This document shows positions 1-10,349 of a stretch of 64,000 bases of DNA, in pieces. The position numbers and the translations under genes are program-made. The DNA lies in assembly GCA_029858565.1 (NCBI GenBank), contig JAOUEV010000003.1, positions 80,074 through 144,073 of the forward strand. The letters are read 5' to 3'. The notes under the pieces were generated by a model. It was not told the DNA's origin. It did no database searches and worked only from the letters and a program-made list of their open reading frames with translations. This DNA is from Nitrospirota bacterium (GTDB taxonomy: Bacteria; Nitrospirota; UBA9217). How positions within the stretch are numbered: the first letter of the stretch is position 1; each line of letters opens with the position of its first letter.

Positions 1-1
1 C

Positions 2-115
2 GCCGGCGTAAAGGACTCGGGAGCGCTCATCCCCGGACATGGCGGTATCCTGGACCGCATGGACAGCATGCTGTTCGCCGCGCCGGTGCTCTATTATTAT
101 CTCAAGATGAGGTGA
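2..115 (+). CDS. cdsA: phosphatidate cytidylyltransferase, 3' end (partial)
   Basis: Frame 2 reads [28 protein letters not shown]..., the CTP_transf_1 signature [19 protein letters not shown]; lies upstream of dxr as usual. Confidence 0.93.
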   Translation, partial: AGVKDSGALIPGHGGILDRMDSMLFAAPVLYYYLKMR

Positions 116-120
116 AACAG

Positions 121-150
121 TGTGGAGTGCGGAGTGCGAAGTGCGGAGTA
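121..150. repeat. 7-nt tandem repeat (GAGTGCG-like)
   Basis: tgtggagtgcggagtgcgaagtgcggagt between cdsA and dxr; the same unit recurs at 22991-23045. Confidence 0.7.
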
Positions 151-157
151 AAAAGAC

Positions 158-1315
158 GTGAAGCGGATATCCATCCTCGGTTCCACCGGGTCCATCGGAA
201 CGTCGACGCTCGCGGTCGCGGAGCAGTTCCCTGACCGGTTCAAGGTCGTTGCCATTGCCGGCGGGAACAACAGCGAACTGCTCGAAGCGCAGATCAGGAA
301 ATTCCGGCCTTCCCTGGCGGCGATCGTGAGCGAACGGTCCGCTGCTGATCTCCGTGAACGGTGCAAAGACCTGCCGGTGCGCATCCTCTCGGGCGTCGAG
401 GGCATGATCGCGGTCGCGGCAGCCGACGAGGCGGACATCACGGTCTCGGCCATCGTGGGGACCGCGGGGCTTGTGCCGACCATGGCCGCGGTCCAGGCGG
501 GCAAGGATATCGCGCTGGCGAACAAGGAAGTGCTGGTCACGGCGGGCGAACTGGTCATGGAAGAATGCCGGACCCGCAACGTCCGCCTGTTCCCCGTGGA
601 CAGCGAGCACAGCGCCATATTCCAGAGCCTCCAGGCCGGTGAGCGGAAGGACGTGAAACGCCTGGTCCTCACGGCCTCGGGAGGCCCGTTCCGGAACCAC
701 TCTGCCGCGGACCTGGCAAAGGTGACGCTTCAGCAGGCCCTGAAGCACCCGAACTGGAACATGGGCAAGAAGATCACGATCGATTCCGCCACGCTCATGA
801 ACAAGGGGCTCGAGGTCATTGAGGCGCACTGGCTCTTTGGCGTGCGGCCCGAACAGATCAGCGTGCTGGTCCACGCACAGAGCATCATCCATTCGCTCGT
901 GGAGTTCCAGGACGGCTCCGTGATCGCCCAGCTCGGCATGCCTGACATGAAGGGGCCCATTGCCTATGCGCTTTCGTGGCCCCACCGGCTTCCCGACGTT
1001 TCACCGGGCCTCGATCTGGCGTCGATAGCGACGCTCACCTTCAAGGAGCCGGACCTCGAACTCTTCCCGTGCCTGGGATACGCATACGACGCCATCCGCA
1101 CCGGCGGAAGCATGCCCGCGGTCCTGTCGGCGGCGAACGAGGTGGCGGTCAAGTATTTTCTGGAAGAGAAGATCGGGTACCATGACATCGCGAGGACGAT
1201 CAAAGCGACCATGGACGCCCACCGCCCCGTGCAGTTCAAGACCGTGGAGGACGCGCTGAAAGCGGACCTCTGGGCACGGGGAGAAGCGGAGAAAATCATA
1301 GCAAGCAAGGATTAA
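158..1315 (+). CDS. dxr: 1-deoxy-D-xylulose-5-phosphate reductoisomerase
   Basis: LGSTGSIG, LANKE, PVDSEH, LTASGGPF, HPNWNMGKKITIDSATLMNKGLE motifs. Confidence 0.98.
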   Translation: MKRISILGSTGSIGTSTLAVAEQFPDRFKVVAIAGGNNSELLEAQIRKFRPSLAAIVSERSAADLRERCKDLPVRILSGVEGMIAVAAADEADITVSAIVGTAGLVPTMAAVQAGKDIALANKEVLVTAGELVMEECRTRNVRLFPVDSEHSAIFQSLQAGERKDVKRLVLTASGGPFRNHSAADLAKVTLQQALKHPNWNMGKKITIDSATLMNKGLEVIEAHWLFGVRPEQISVLVHAQSIIHSLVEFQDGSVIAQLGMPDMKGPIAYALSWPHRLPDVSPGLDLASIATLTFKEPDLELFPCLGYAYDAIRTGGSMPAVLSAANEVAVKYFLEEKIGYHDIARTIKATMDAHRPVQFKTVEDALKADLWARGEAEKIIASKD

Positions 1316-1387
1316 AGGAGTAAAGGATTAATAGGATTAAGGTGATGTACCGGTAATCCTCGTAATCCTCTAATCCTGTAATCCTGG
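1308..1387. repeat. inverted-repeat element of AGGATTAA / TAATCCT tandem units
   Basis: Left arm aggattaaaggagtaaaggattaataggattaagg (contains the dxr stop), right arm taatcctcgtaatcctctaatcctgtaatcctg; relatives at 50921-51011 and 58968-59040. Confidence 0.75.
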
Positions 1388-1402
1388 TTTTCTGGAGGTT
1401 TC

Positions 1403-2686
1403 ATGACTTTAGTCTATTTTCTTATTGTGATCGGCATTCTCGTGTTCGTGCATGAGCTGGGACACTTCATCACCGCCAAGCGCGCAGGCGTGCGGGTGGA
1501 GAAGTTCTCGCTCGGCATGGGGCCGAAGCTTTTCGGATACAAGAAGGGCGACACGGAGTATGTGCTGTCCGCGCTGCCGCTGGGCGGGTACGTGAAGATG
1601 GCTGGCGAGAATCCCGATGAAGAACCGACCGGCGCGCCTGACGAGTTCCACTCCAAGACCGTATGGCAGCGCGCCAAGATCGCCGCGGCGGGGTCGCTCA
1701 CGAACATCGTGCTCGCGTTCGTCCTGATGCCGCTGGTTTATATGGTCGGCACCTATGCCGAGGGACCTGCCAAGGTCGGATTCGTGGAAAAGGGTTCACC
1801 TGCCGCCAAGGCGGGATTCCTGGCCGGCGACGTGATCACCGAGATCAACAACCGGACCATTTCCGACTGGACCAAGGCGTTATCCCTCATAGCCGTGAAT
1901 CCCGACACCGATGTGACCGTAACACTTGAGCGGGGGAGCGAGAAGAAGGTGCTGACGCTCAGACCGGAAGCGGCAACAGAGCTCAGGATCGGCACCGCGG
2001 GTCTCATGCCGGACATGCCGGCCGAGATCGGCAGGCTGCGGTCAGGTTTGCCCGCTGAAAAGTCCGGCTTGAAGGTGAATGACAAGATCCTGGCTGTCGA
2101 CAATGTCACGATCTACCACTGGAACCAGTTCTCCCTTGCGGTAAAGGAGAGCGGGGGCAAGGCGCTGAACCTCAGGATCGAGCGTGCGGGGAAACGGCAG
2201 GATATGACCATTATCCCGGTCATGGATAGCGGAAGATACGTGATCGGTGTGGAGCCCTATATCCGCTATGTGTTCAAGAAGTTTGGCTTCTTCGAATCCA
2301 TCCGGCTCGGATTCACCAAGACGCTCGAGACCGCGGACCTGACGTTCATCACCCTCAAGAAGCTCCTGTCCTTTGGACTTTCGATCAAGACCCTGGGCGG
2401 TCCGGTGATGATAGCCCAGATGTCCGGAGCTGCCGCAGCGGCCGGTCTTTCGGCCTTTATCGCCCTCATGGCGACCATCAGCCTGTCGCTCGGCATGCTG
2501 AACCTGCTTCCGATCCCGGTGCTGGACGGCGGCATGCTGCTGTTCCTGGCCATCGAGGCCGTGCGCAAGAAGCCCATGAGCCAACGGGTCATGGAAGTGA
2601 GCCAGGGGATCGGCGCCGCGCTCCTGATCACGCTGATCGCGGTGGTATCGTACAATGATGTGATGCGGTTGTTCTTCAATAAATAG
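1403..2686 (+). CDS. rseP: RIP metalloprotease RseP
   Basis: HELGH zinc motif, two PDZ-like segments, NLLPIPVLDGG; dxr-rseP synteny. Confidence 0.96.
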   Translation: MTLVYFLIVIGILVFVHELGHFITAKRAGVRVEKFSLGMGPKLFGYKKGDTEYVLSALPLGGYVKMAGENPDEEPTGAPDEFHSKTVWQRAKIAAAGSLTNIVLAFVLMPLVYMVGTYAEGPAKVGFVEKGSPAAKAGFLAGDVITEINNRTISDWTKALSLIAVNPDTDVTVTLERGSEKKVLTLRPEAATELRIGTAGLMPDMPAEIGRLRSGLPAEKSGLKVNDKILAVDNVTIYHWNQFSLAVKESGGKALNLRIERAGKRQDMTIIPVMDSGRYVIGVEPYIRYVFKKFGFFESIRLGFTKTLETADLTFITLKKLLSFGLSIKTLGGPVMIAQMSGAAAAAGLSAFIALMATISLSLGMLNLLPIPVLDGGMLLFLAIEAVRKKPMSQRVMEVSQGIGAALLITLIAVVSYNDVMRLFFNK

Positions 2687-2692
2687 AGGCAG

Positions 2693-3781
2693 ATGAATCC
2701 CATTCCCCGAAAAAAAACCCGTCAGATCAGCGTAGGCCCGGTGAAGATCGGCTGGGGCGCGCCGGTGGTCGTGCAGTCCATGTGCAACACCGACACGCGC
2801 GATGCCGCTGCCACGATCGGTCAGATCAACCGGCTGCAGGCGGTCGGGTGCGAGCTTGTGCGGCTTGCGGTCCCTGATGAGGATGCTGCACGGACGCTCG
2901 GAAGGATCAAGCAGGGTACGACCATGCCGCTGATCGCGGACATTCACTTCAGCCATACGCTGGCTTTGGAAGCGATCAAGCAGGGCGTGGACGGGCTCAG
3001 GATCAATCCCGGGAACATCGGCGGCAAGGACAAAGTGAGCGAGGTCGTTGCAGCATGCAGGGACCGGAACATCCCGATCCGGATCGGCGTGAACGCGGGC
3101 TCGCTGGAAAAACATCTGCTCGAAAAATACGGCCATCCCACGCCCGAGGCAATTGTTGAGAGCGCCTTCGGCCATATCCGCATCCTTGAAGAGCTTGATT
3201 ATCAGAACATCAAGGTCTCGCTCAAGGCATCGGACGTGCTGACCACGGTTGAATCCTACCGGTTGTTCTCGAAACGATCCGATTATTCGGTGCATATCGG
3301 CATTTCCGAGGCAGGCACACTTCACTCGGGAACGATCAAGTCCAGTGTCGGTCTGGGCATTCTCCTGTCCGAAGGCATCGGCGACACCATGCGGGTATCG
3401 CTTACGGCCGATCCGGTCGAGGAGGTCCGCGTTGCTTACGAGATCCTGAAGTCACTCAGGATCCGGCAGCGGGGCGTGAACATCATCTCCTGCCCCACCT
3501 GCGGCAGGACGGAGATCGATATTATCGGCCTGGCCGAGACCGTGGAAAAGCGGCTCAGCCATATCACCGAACCGCTCACCGTGGCGGTAATGGGCTGCGT
3601 GGTGAACGGGCCGGGCGAAGCGCGCGAGGCCGACATCGGCATCGCCGGCGGCAAGGGAACCGGTCTCCTGTTCAAGCATGGGGAGATCGTGAAGAAGTTC
3701 GATGAGAAGGAACTGGCGGATGTGCTGGTGAGGGAAGTGGAAAAGATCGTGAGGGAGAAAGAATCGTCTCGTTGTGATTGA
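2693..3781 (+). CDS. ispG: 4-hydroxy-3-methylbut-2-en-1-yl diphosphate synthase
   Basis: VQSM, ADIHF, RINPGNIG, RIGVNAGSL, CPTCGR, VMGCVVNGPGEA. Confidence 0.98.
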   Translation: MNPIPRKKTRQISVGPVKIGWGAPVVVQSMCNTDTRDAAATIGQINRLQAVGCELVRLAVPDEDAARTLGRIKQGTTMPLIADIHFSHTLALEAIKQGVDGLRINPGNIGGKDKVSEVVAACRDRNIPIRIGVNAGSLEKHLLEKYGHPTPEAIVESAFGHIRILEELDYQNIKVSLKASDVLTTVESYRLFSKRSDYSVHIGISEAGTLHSGTIKSSVGLGILLSEGIGDTMRVSLTADPVEEVRVAYEILKSLRIRQRGVNIISCPTCGRTEIDIIGLAETVEKRLSHITEPLTVAVMGCVVNGPGEAREADIGIAGGKGTGLLFKHGEIVKKFDEKELADVLVREVEKIVREKESSRCD

Positions 3782-3813
3782 CAGGAATCGGGGCAACTCG
3801 GATAATAACTGCC

Positions 3814-4104
3814 ATGGGAATCGACGAACTTATAAAAGATAAACGAACTGAAATCCTCCGCATCGCCGAGAAGCACGGTGCCTACAATGTCCGTATTTTC
3901 GGGTCAGTAGCCCGCGGCGAAGCAGGCCCTGCCAGCGACATTGACATCCTGGTCGAGGTGGGGCAAAAGCATTCGTCCTTTTTCCCCGGCGGTCTTGTCG
4001 CTGATCTCGAAGAGCTCCTCGGCCGGCGTGTGGATGTGGTCACCGTGAAGGGATTGAACAAGTTTCTCCGCGATCGGGTGCTGAGGGAGGCTGTGGCGCT
4101 TTGA
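3814..4104 (+). CDS. minimal nucleotidyltransferase (MNT) antitoxin
   Basis: FGSVARGE...SDIDILV and LEELLGRRVDVV; about 96 aa from the ATG at 3814; followed by a HEPN remnant. Confidence 0.9.
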   Translation: MGIDELIKDKRTEILRIAEKHGAYNVRIFGSVARGEAGPASDIDILVEVGQKHSSFFPGGLVADLEELLGRRVDVVTVKGLNKFLRDRVLREAVAL

Positions 4105-4305
4105 AGGACGATCGTATCTACCTTTAAACTCAAACACCCTGAAATCGATTGGAGAAACATCTCGGGATTTCGCAACGTAGTAGTTCACGACTATCTCGGC
4201 ATAGACGTTGAGCAAGTCTGGGATATTGTCGAACGTGATTTGCCGAAGCTGAATGCCGCGGTTAACGCAATGATCAGCGAATTAGGCGATCCTGCCACGA
4301 AGTAA
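4101..4305 (+). pseudogene. DUF86/HEPN (HepT-like) RNase toxin with internal deletion and frameshift
   Basis: TTG start gives MKDDRIYL then TAA (4125-4127); a shifted frame from 4126 gives KLKHPEIDWRNISGFRNVVVHDYLGID..., with the HEPN RxxxxH motif, ending TAA 4303-4305. Confidence 0.85.
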
Positions 4306-4347
4306 AGCCATTCATTGATAATGAAATAAGCTGGAAGTGGAGGTTGT

Positions 4348-6042
<1,695 letters not shown>

Positions 6043-6091
6043 GGACGTGACACGTGATGCGTATGACGTGGAGCGTAAGGGGTACGGGGAA

Positions 6092-6346
6092 ATGCAGGAG
6101 CAGGACCTAGCGAAGATCAGAGCAATCATAGAAGAGCGGAACGTCCGTTATGCTCCCAAGGGAGGCAGCGTTACCCTTGCGGGTATCGAGGGCGGGACCG
6201 TGAAGATCGCGCCTGCGGGATTCTGCTGGCGGTGACATGTGACCCGTATAGCCCTGGTCGAGGGCTTGCAGGAAAAGTTGAAAAAGGAGTTTCCCTGGGT
6301 TGAACAGGTCATTGTGATCAACCTGGATAAGACAAAAAAAGCTTGA
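6092..6346 (+). CDS. NifU/Nfu-like domain selenoprotein (in-frame UGA at 6233-6235, CWRU motif)
   Basis: Reading through the TGA gives ...GGSVTLAGIEGGTVKIAPAGFCWR-U-HVTRIALVEGLQEKLKKEFPWVEQVIV, which matches the Nfu pattern GGxVxL...V.V...GAC..C..S..TL..GIE..L...FP.V..V; SECIS-like hairpin directly downstream. Confidence 0.75.
6250..6266 (+). promoter_or_regulatory. putative bacterial SECIS hairpin
   Basis: AGCCCT-GGTCG-AGGGCT stem-loop; the loop starts with G and begins 20 nt after the UGA. Confidence 0.6.
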
Positions 6347-6400
6347 ATTTCAAGGACAAAGTTCCTATAATTAAATTCGTCATCGGAGGGAGCGCAACCC

Positions 6401-6628
6401 ATGGACGAGTCTATCAAGATCTCGCTTACGCCCCAGCAGAGCGCGGAGATCAAGAAACAGATCGGATTCGAACTTACCGAGATATACCTCACCAAACGTT
6501 CACTGAACAAGCTTCGTGTCTTCCGGCTGCGCCTGAGCGAGGAACAGCAGGAGCAGATCACCGAGGCTTGGGGTCAAAAGGTGAAAGAATTGACCGTGAC
6601 CCGCTCAGTCGCCACCCGGATAATGTAA
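6401..6628 (+). CDS. small hypothetical protein with internal duplication
   Basis: GGAGG RBS, TATAAT upstream at about 6366; two similar halves (ISLTPQQSAEIKKQIG / LRLSEEQQEQITEAWG). Confidence 0.65.
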   Translation: MDESIKISLTPQQSAEIKKQIGFELTEIYLTKRSLNKLRVFRLRLSEEQQEQITEAWGQKVKELTVTRSVATRIM

Positions 6629-6707
6629 TTGAGAGAATGATCGCGCCGCGCAAGGGGCGCGCAGGTTTATTGTTGGTCCAGACCGAATGCGAAGGGAGGT
6701 GATTCCT

Positions 6708-6908
6708 GTGAAAAAGGCATTTTCGCTCCTGCTTTCATTGGTTATTGTTGCTACATTTGTCATGATCGGCTGTGAGAAGAAGCCCGAACCCCCGAAGCCG
6801 GCCCCGGCTCCGGCGGTAACGCCTCCTCCACCGCCCCCGGCTCCGGCACCTGCTCCGGCTCCCGCGCCGAAGCCTGCCCCGGCCCCCGCAAAACCGGCAA
6901 AGAAGTAG
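6708..6908 (+). CDS. small Pro/Ala-rich lipoprotein
   Basis: GGGAGGTG RBS, GTG start, signal peptide ending in MIGC lipobox, then PAPAPAP tract. Confidence 0.75.
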   Translation: MKKAFSLLLSLVIVATFVMIGCEKKPEPPKPAPAPAVTPPPPPPAPAPAPAPAPKPAPAPAKPAKK

Positions 6909-6942
6909 CGGTCCGCGGGATGTACAGTATGGCGATCAGCTC

Positions 6943-6970
6943 AAGGCCCCCATATGGGGGCCTTTTCTTT
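6943..6970 (+). terminator. intrinsic terminator
   Basis: AAGGCCCCC-ATAT-GGGGGCCTT followed by TTCTTT. Confidence 0.8.
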
Positions 6971-7090
6971 CGATGGTGTCGGTGGGAGTCCGACTTGGAA
7001 GCAGTGGAAACCGGGATGCCGGAGGGTGTGATGCTCCGGGACCACGGTGTCCCTTGCTGGCAGTCTCTACGCGAACGTGCGGGAATCCCT

Positions 7091-8887
7091 ATGAACAAAC
7101 TGACAACGGACATTCTGTGCGATATCCTGCTCAAAGCCAAGGAGATCACGGCCGAACAGGCGCGGGAGATCAAGCTCAAACAGGACCATCAGCGCATGAA
7201 GATCCTGCGCTCCCGGGGCGAATCGGTCCACCGCGGCAGGGTGCATCTCGAGGAGGAGGTGTCGGCCATCGAGGTCGCGGCATCCTTTGAATTTCCGTCA
7301 GCGGCTGCAGCAGGAAGGGTGCTGAACGAGGACACGGTGACCGAGATCGTGGCTCGCCACGCGGGCCTGCCCTTTCGCAAGATCGACCCCCTGAAGCTCA
7401 ATCCGGAGATAATCACCCAGATCCTGTCCCGGGCGTTCGCCCGAAAGAACACCGCCGTTCCCATCGAGCGGACCGACGACCAGCTCGTTGTTGCCGTCGC
7501 CGATCCCTACAACCTCGAAGTGGTCGAGAACATCGGGCGCATGGGCTACAAGGTGGCGCGTGTCATGTCGCCCAAATCGGACCTGGTCAAGATCATCACC
7601 GAGTTCTACGGATTCCGTTCGTCGGTGAGCGCCGCCGCCAAGGAGATCTCCGGCGAGGTGGACCTGGGAAACCTCGAGCAGTTCGTCAAGATGAAGGCCG
7701 TGTCCGAGATCGAGGCCACGGACAAGCATATCGTGAACGCCGTGGAGTTCCTGTTCCGGTACGCTTTTGACCAGCGGGCAAGCGACATCCACATCGAGCC
7801 AAAACGGGAGACCTCGGAAGTGCGCCTCCGGATCGACGGAATGCTCCATTCGATCCACAAAGTGCCCCGCCAGATCCACCCGGCGCTCGTTTCCCGCGTC
7901 AAAATGCTGTCGCGCATGGATATCGCCGAGAAGCGCAGGCCCCAGGACGGACGCATCAAGACCGAGTACAAGGGCAGGGAGGTCGAGCTTCGCGTGTCGA
8001 CCATGCCGGTCGCGTTCGGCGAGAAGGTCGTGGTCAGGATCTTCGATCCCGATGTGCTGCTCCAGGACCTGGAAGAGCTGGGATTCGCGCCCCGGGAATA
8101 TGAGCTTTTCCGTTCGTTCATTGCCCGGCCCCACGGCATCGTGCTGGTGACCGGGCCGACGGGAAGCGGCAAGACCACGACGCTCTACTCGGCGCTCAAG
8201 ACCATTGCCGTGCCGGAAGTGAACGTGGTCACCATCGAGGACCCGATCGAAATGGTCCATGACCGGTTCAACCAGGTGGCGGTCCAGCCCCAGATCGGGG
8301 TGACCTTCGGCAGCACGCTCAGGACGATCCTCCGCCAGGACCCGGACATCATCATGGTGGGCGAGATCCGGGACCTGGAAACCGCAGAGAACGCGGTGCA
8401 GGCAGCCCTGACCGGCCACCTGGTGTTCTCCACGCTGCATACGAACGACGCGGCGAGCGCTGTGACACGGCTCCTGGACCTCGGTCTCCCCGCCTATCTG
8501 ATAGCATCGACCGTGATCGGGATCATGGCCCAGCGGCTGGTCCGCAAGGTGTGCAAACATTGCGAGCGGACCTATGAGCTGCTGCCCGAGGAGGCTGAAG
8601 CGGTCGGGCTCACGTCGGACTCGCGCAAGCCGGTGACGGTGAAATACGGCGAAGGATGCGCGCAGTGCCGGGGAACGGGCTACCTGGGCAGAAGCGGCAT
8701 CTACGAAGTCATGGAAGTGAACGAGAAAGTACGCCCGCTCATCACCGAGAAGGTGGATGCAGACCGCATTAAAAAGACCGCTGTCGGCGACGGCATGGTT
8801 ACCCTGCGCGCGGCGGCGGTGCACAAGATGATTGAGGGTGAGACCACCTTTGACGAGGTCATCCGGGTAACAGGGGAGAAGATTTGA
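7091..8887 (+). CDS. GspE/PulE/PilB-family secretion ATPase
   Basis: ASDIHIEP, RRPQDGR, Walker A GPTGSGKTT, LRQDPDIIMVGEIRD, STLHTN, tetra-Cys zinc motif; start placed at ATG 7091 because the longer ORF crosses a terminator. Confidence 0.93.
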   Translation: MNKLTTDILCDILLKAKEITAEQAREIKLKQDHQRMKILRSRGESVHRGRVHLEEEVSAIEVAASFEFPSAAAAGRVLNEDTVTEIVARHAGLPFRKIDPLKLNPEIITQILSRAFARKNTAVPIERTDDQLVVAVADPYNLEVVENIGRMGYKVARVMSPKSDLVKIITEFYGFRSSVSAAAKEISGEVDLGNLEQFVKMKAVSEIEATDKHIVNAVEFLFRYAFDQRASDIHIEPKRETSEVRLRIDGMLHSIHKVPRQIHPALVSRVKMLSRMDIAEKRRPQDGRIKTEYKGREVELRVSTMPVAFGEKVVVRIFDPDVLLQDLEELGFAPREYELFRSFIARPHGIVLVTGPTGSGKTTTLYSALKTIAVPEVNVVTIEDPIEMVHDRFNQVAVQPQIGVTFGSTLRTILRQDPDIIMVGEIRDLETAENAVQAALTGHLVFSTLHTNDAASAVTRLLDLGLPAYLIASTVIGIMAQRLVRKVCKHCERTYELLPEEAEAVGLTSDSRKPVTVKYGEGCAQCRGTGYLGRSGIYEVMEVNEKVRPLITEKVDADRIKKTAVGDGMVTLRAAAVHKMIEGETTFDEVIRVTGEKI

Positions 8888-8924
8888 GAAGCGTGAGGCG
8901 TAAGTGGTAAGGGGTAAGGGGTAA
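8885..8924. repeat. 7-nt tandem repeat (GCGTAAG/GGGTAAG family)
   Basis: tgagaagcgtgaggcgtaagtggtaaggggtaaggggtaa; relatives at 6036-6089, 12098-12152 and 53337-53372. Confidence 0.7.
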
Positions 8925-8969
8925 ACAGGATCGACCCCCCGCAGCTCGGCAGGATCGACCGTATAATTT

Positions 8970-10253
8970 ATGATTGAATCTTTGATCTCAGCCCTTTCCG
9001 GCCAATGGCCGATGCTCGCCGGGGCGTTCGCGAGCGTTCTGCTCGCGGCGTTCTTCGCTGCGTCGGAAACGGCCATGCTTTTCGCGAACAAGGCGCGCCT
9101 GCACCAGCTGGCCGAACAGGGAAATACGCGGGCGGACGCCGCACTGAAGCTTTCCCACGAACGGAACAATCTGCACAGCACTCTCCTGCTGATCGAGAAT
9201 TTCTTCCTCGTCCTCTCCGTTGTGCTGGCAACCGCGGTGCTGCTCCGCATCTTTGCCGGGAAACTGTCAGCGGTCGCCCTGACAGCGGTCACCATGAGCC
9301 TCATTATCGTCCTGTTCGCGAAACTGGCGCCCAAGGGACTTGCGTCGCGCGACCCCGACCGGCTCGCGCTGGCTGTTGCCTATCCCATGCTCCTGCTGGT
9401 GAAGCTGGTCGCGCCGGTCTCGGGAGTTGTCGCGGCGACCGCGGAATTCTTTGCCGGGCCCGCTTCCGCGAGGCCGCTGTCCTGCACCGCCGTAGTGACG
9501 GAAGAGGACATCAAGGCAATGATCAATCTCGGCGAGGAAGAGGGCGCCCTCAAAGAGGAGGAGAAGGAACTGCTGCACAAGGTCTTCGAGTTCGGTGATA
9601 CGCTGGCGGTGGAAGCCATGCGGCCGAGGACCGAGATCGTCAGCGTGCCCACGGCGGCGACGGTCCATCAGGTACTGTCGCTGGTGTCCCAGTACGGCTA
9701 CTCCCGGTACCCGGTGATCGATAAGTCCGTCGACTCCGTGGTCGGCATCCTCTATATCAAGGACATCCTGGTCGCCATGGCCGAGGACGATGTCAAGCGC
9801 GAGGACCCGATCCAGCCGTTCATACGCCAGGCTTACTTCATTCCCGGGAACAAGCGGGTGAGCGAACTGCTGACCGAAATGCAGCGGGACAAGTTCCAGA
9901 TCGCGATCGTCATCGACGAGTTCGGGGGGACCGCGGGACTGGTGACCCTGGAGGACCTGATCGAGGAGATCGTGGGGAGCATCCATGACGAGCTGGATGC
10001 CGTGGACAGGGACGTGCAGATCGTTGACGAGAAGAACCTGGTGGTGGCGGGCCAGTCAGCGATCGACGAGGTGAACGAGCTTCTGGGCTCGCAACTGCAG
10101 TCCAAGGATTTCAACACCATCGGAGGCCTGTTGTTCGGGCTCTTCGGCAGAATGCCGCGGGTAGGCGAGCAGCTCCGGTACAAGGACCTTAAATTCGAGG
10201 TCCTGGAGCTGGACGGAAGGAAGATCGATAAGATCAAGATAACGAAACTGTAA
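8970..10253 (+). CDS. HlyC/CorC (hemolysin family) CNNM-CBS-CorC membrane protein
   Basis: N-terminal DUF21-like helices (FFAASETA), CBS pair (YSRYPV, DEFGGTAGLVTLEDLIEEIVG), CorC C-terminus (TIGG). Confidence 0.92.
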   Translation: MIESLISALSGQWPMLAGAFASVLLAAFFAASETAMLFANKARLHQLAEQGNTRADAALKLSHERNNLHSTLLLIENFFLVLSVVLATAVLLRIFAGKLSAVALTAVTMSLIIVLFAKLAPKGLASRDPDRLALAVAYPMLLLVKLVAPVSGVVAATAEFFAGPASARPLSCTAVVTEEDIKAMINLGEEEGALKEEEKELLHKVFEFGDTLAVEAMRPRTEIVSVPTAATVHQVLSLVSQYGYSRYPVIDKSVDSVVGILYIKDILVAMAEDDVKREDPIQPFIRQAYFIPGNKRVSELLTEMQRDKFQIAIVIDEFGGTAGLVTLEDLIEEIVGSIHDELDAVDRDVQIVDEKNLVVAGQSAIDEVNELLGSQLQSKDFNTIGGLLFGLFGRMPRVGEQLRYKDLKFEVLELDGRKIDKIKITKL

Positions 10254-10254
10254 T

Positions 10255-10331
10255 CGAGAGTGACGAGTGACAAGAGACGAGATACGAGAAGAAGGCAAGG
10301 CTTCTCGCTTGTCACTTGTCTCTTGTCGCTG
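10255..10331. repeat. inverted-repeat element of GTGACAA/GAGACGA 7-mers
   Basis: gagtgacgagtgacaagagacgagatacgaga ... tctcgcttgtcacttgtctcttgtcgct; sister element at 61033-61113. Confidence 0.75.
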
Positions 10332-10349
10332 AATTTACGGAGGTAGACT

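Noticed and set aside
6920-7090. N-terminal extension of the GspE ORF
   Set aside because: It runs through a terminator hairpin and is not protein-like; ATG 7091 is preferred.
8926-8967. Direct repeat CAGGATCGACC twice, followed by TATAAT
   Set aside because: Could be a regulator site, but the -10 is only 2 nt from the annotated ATG and nothing else supports it.
7298-9334. 678-aa antisense ORF, and similar long shadow ORFs (2042-3325, 29283-31220, 40064-41956, 51211-52371)
   Set aside because: They lie opposite well-identified genes, have no motifs, and are expected from GC-rich codon usage.
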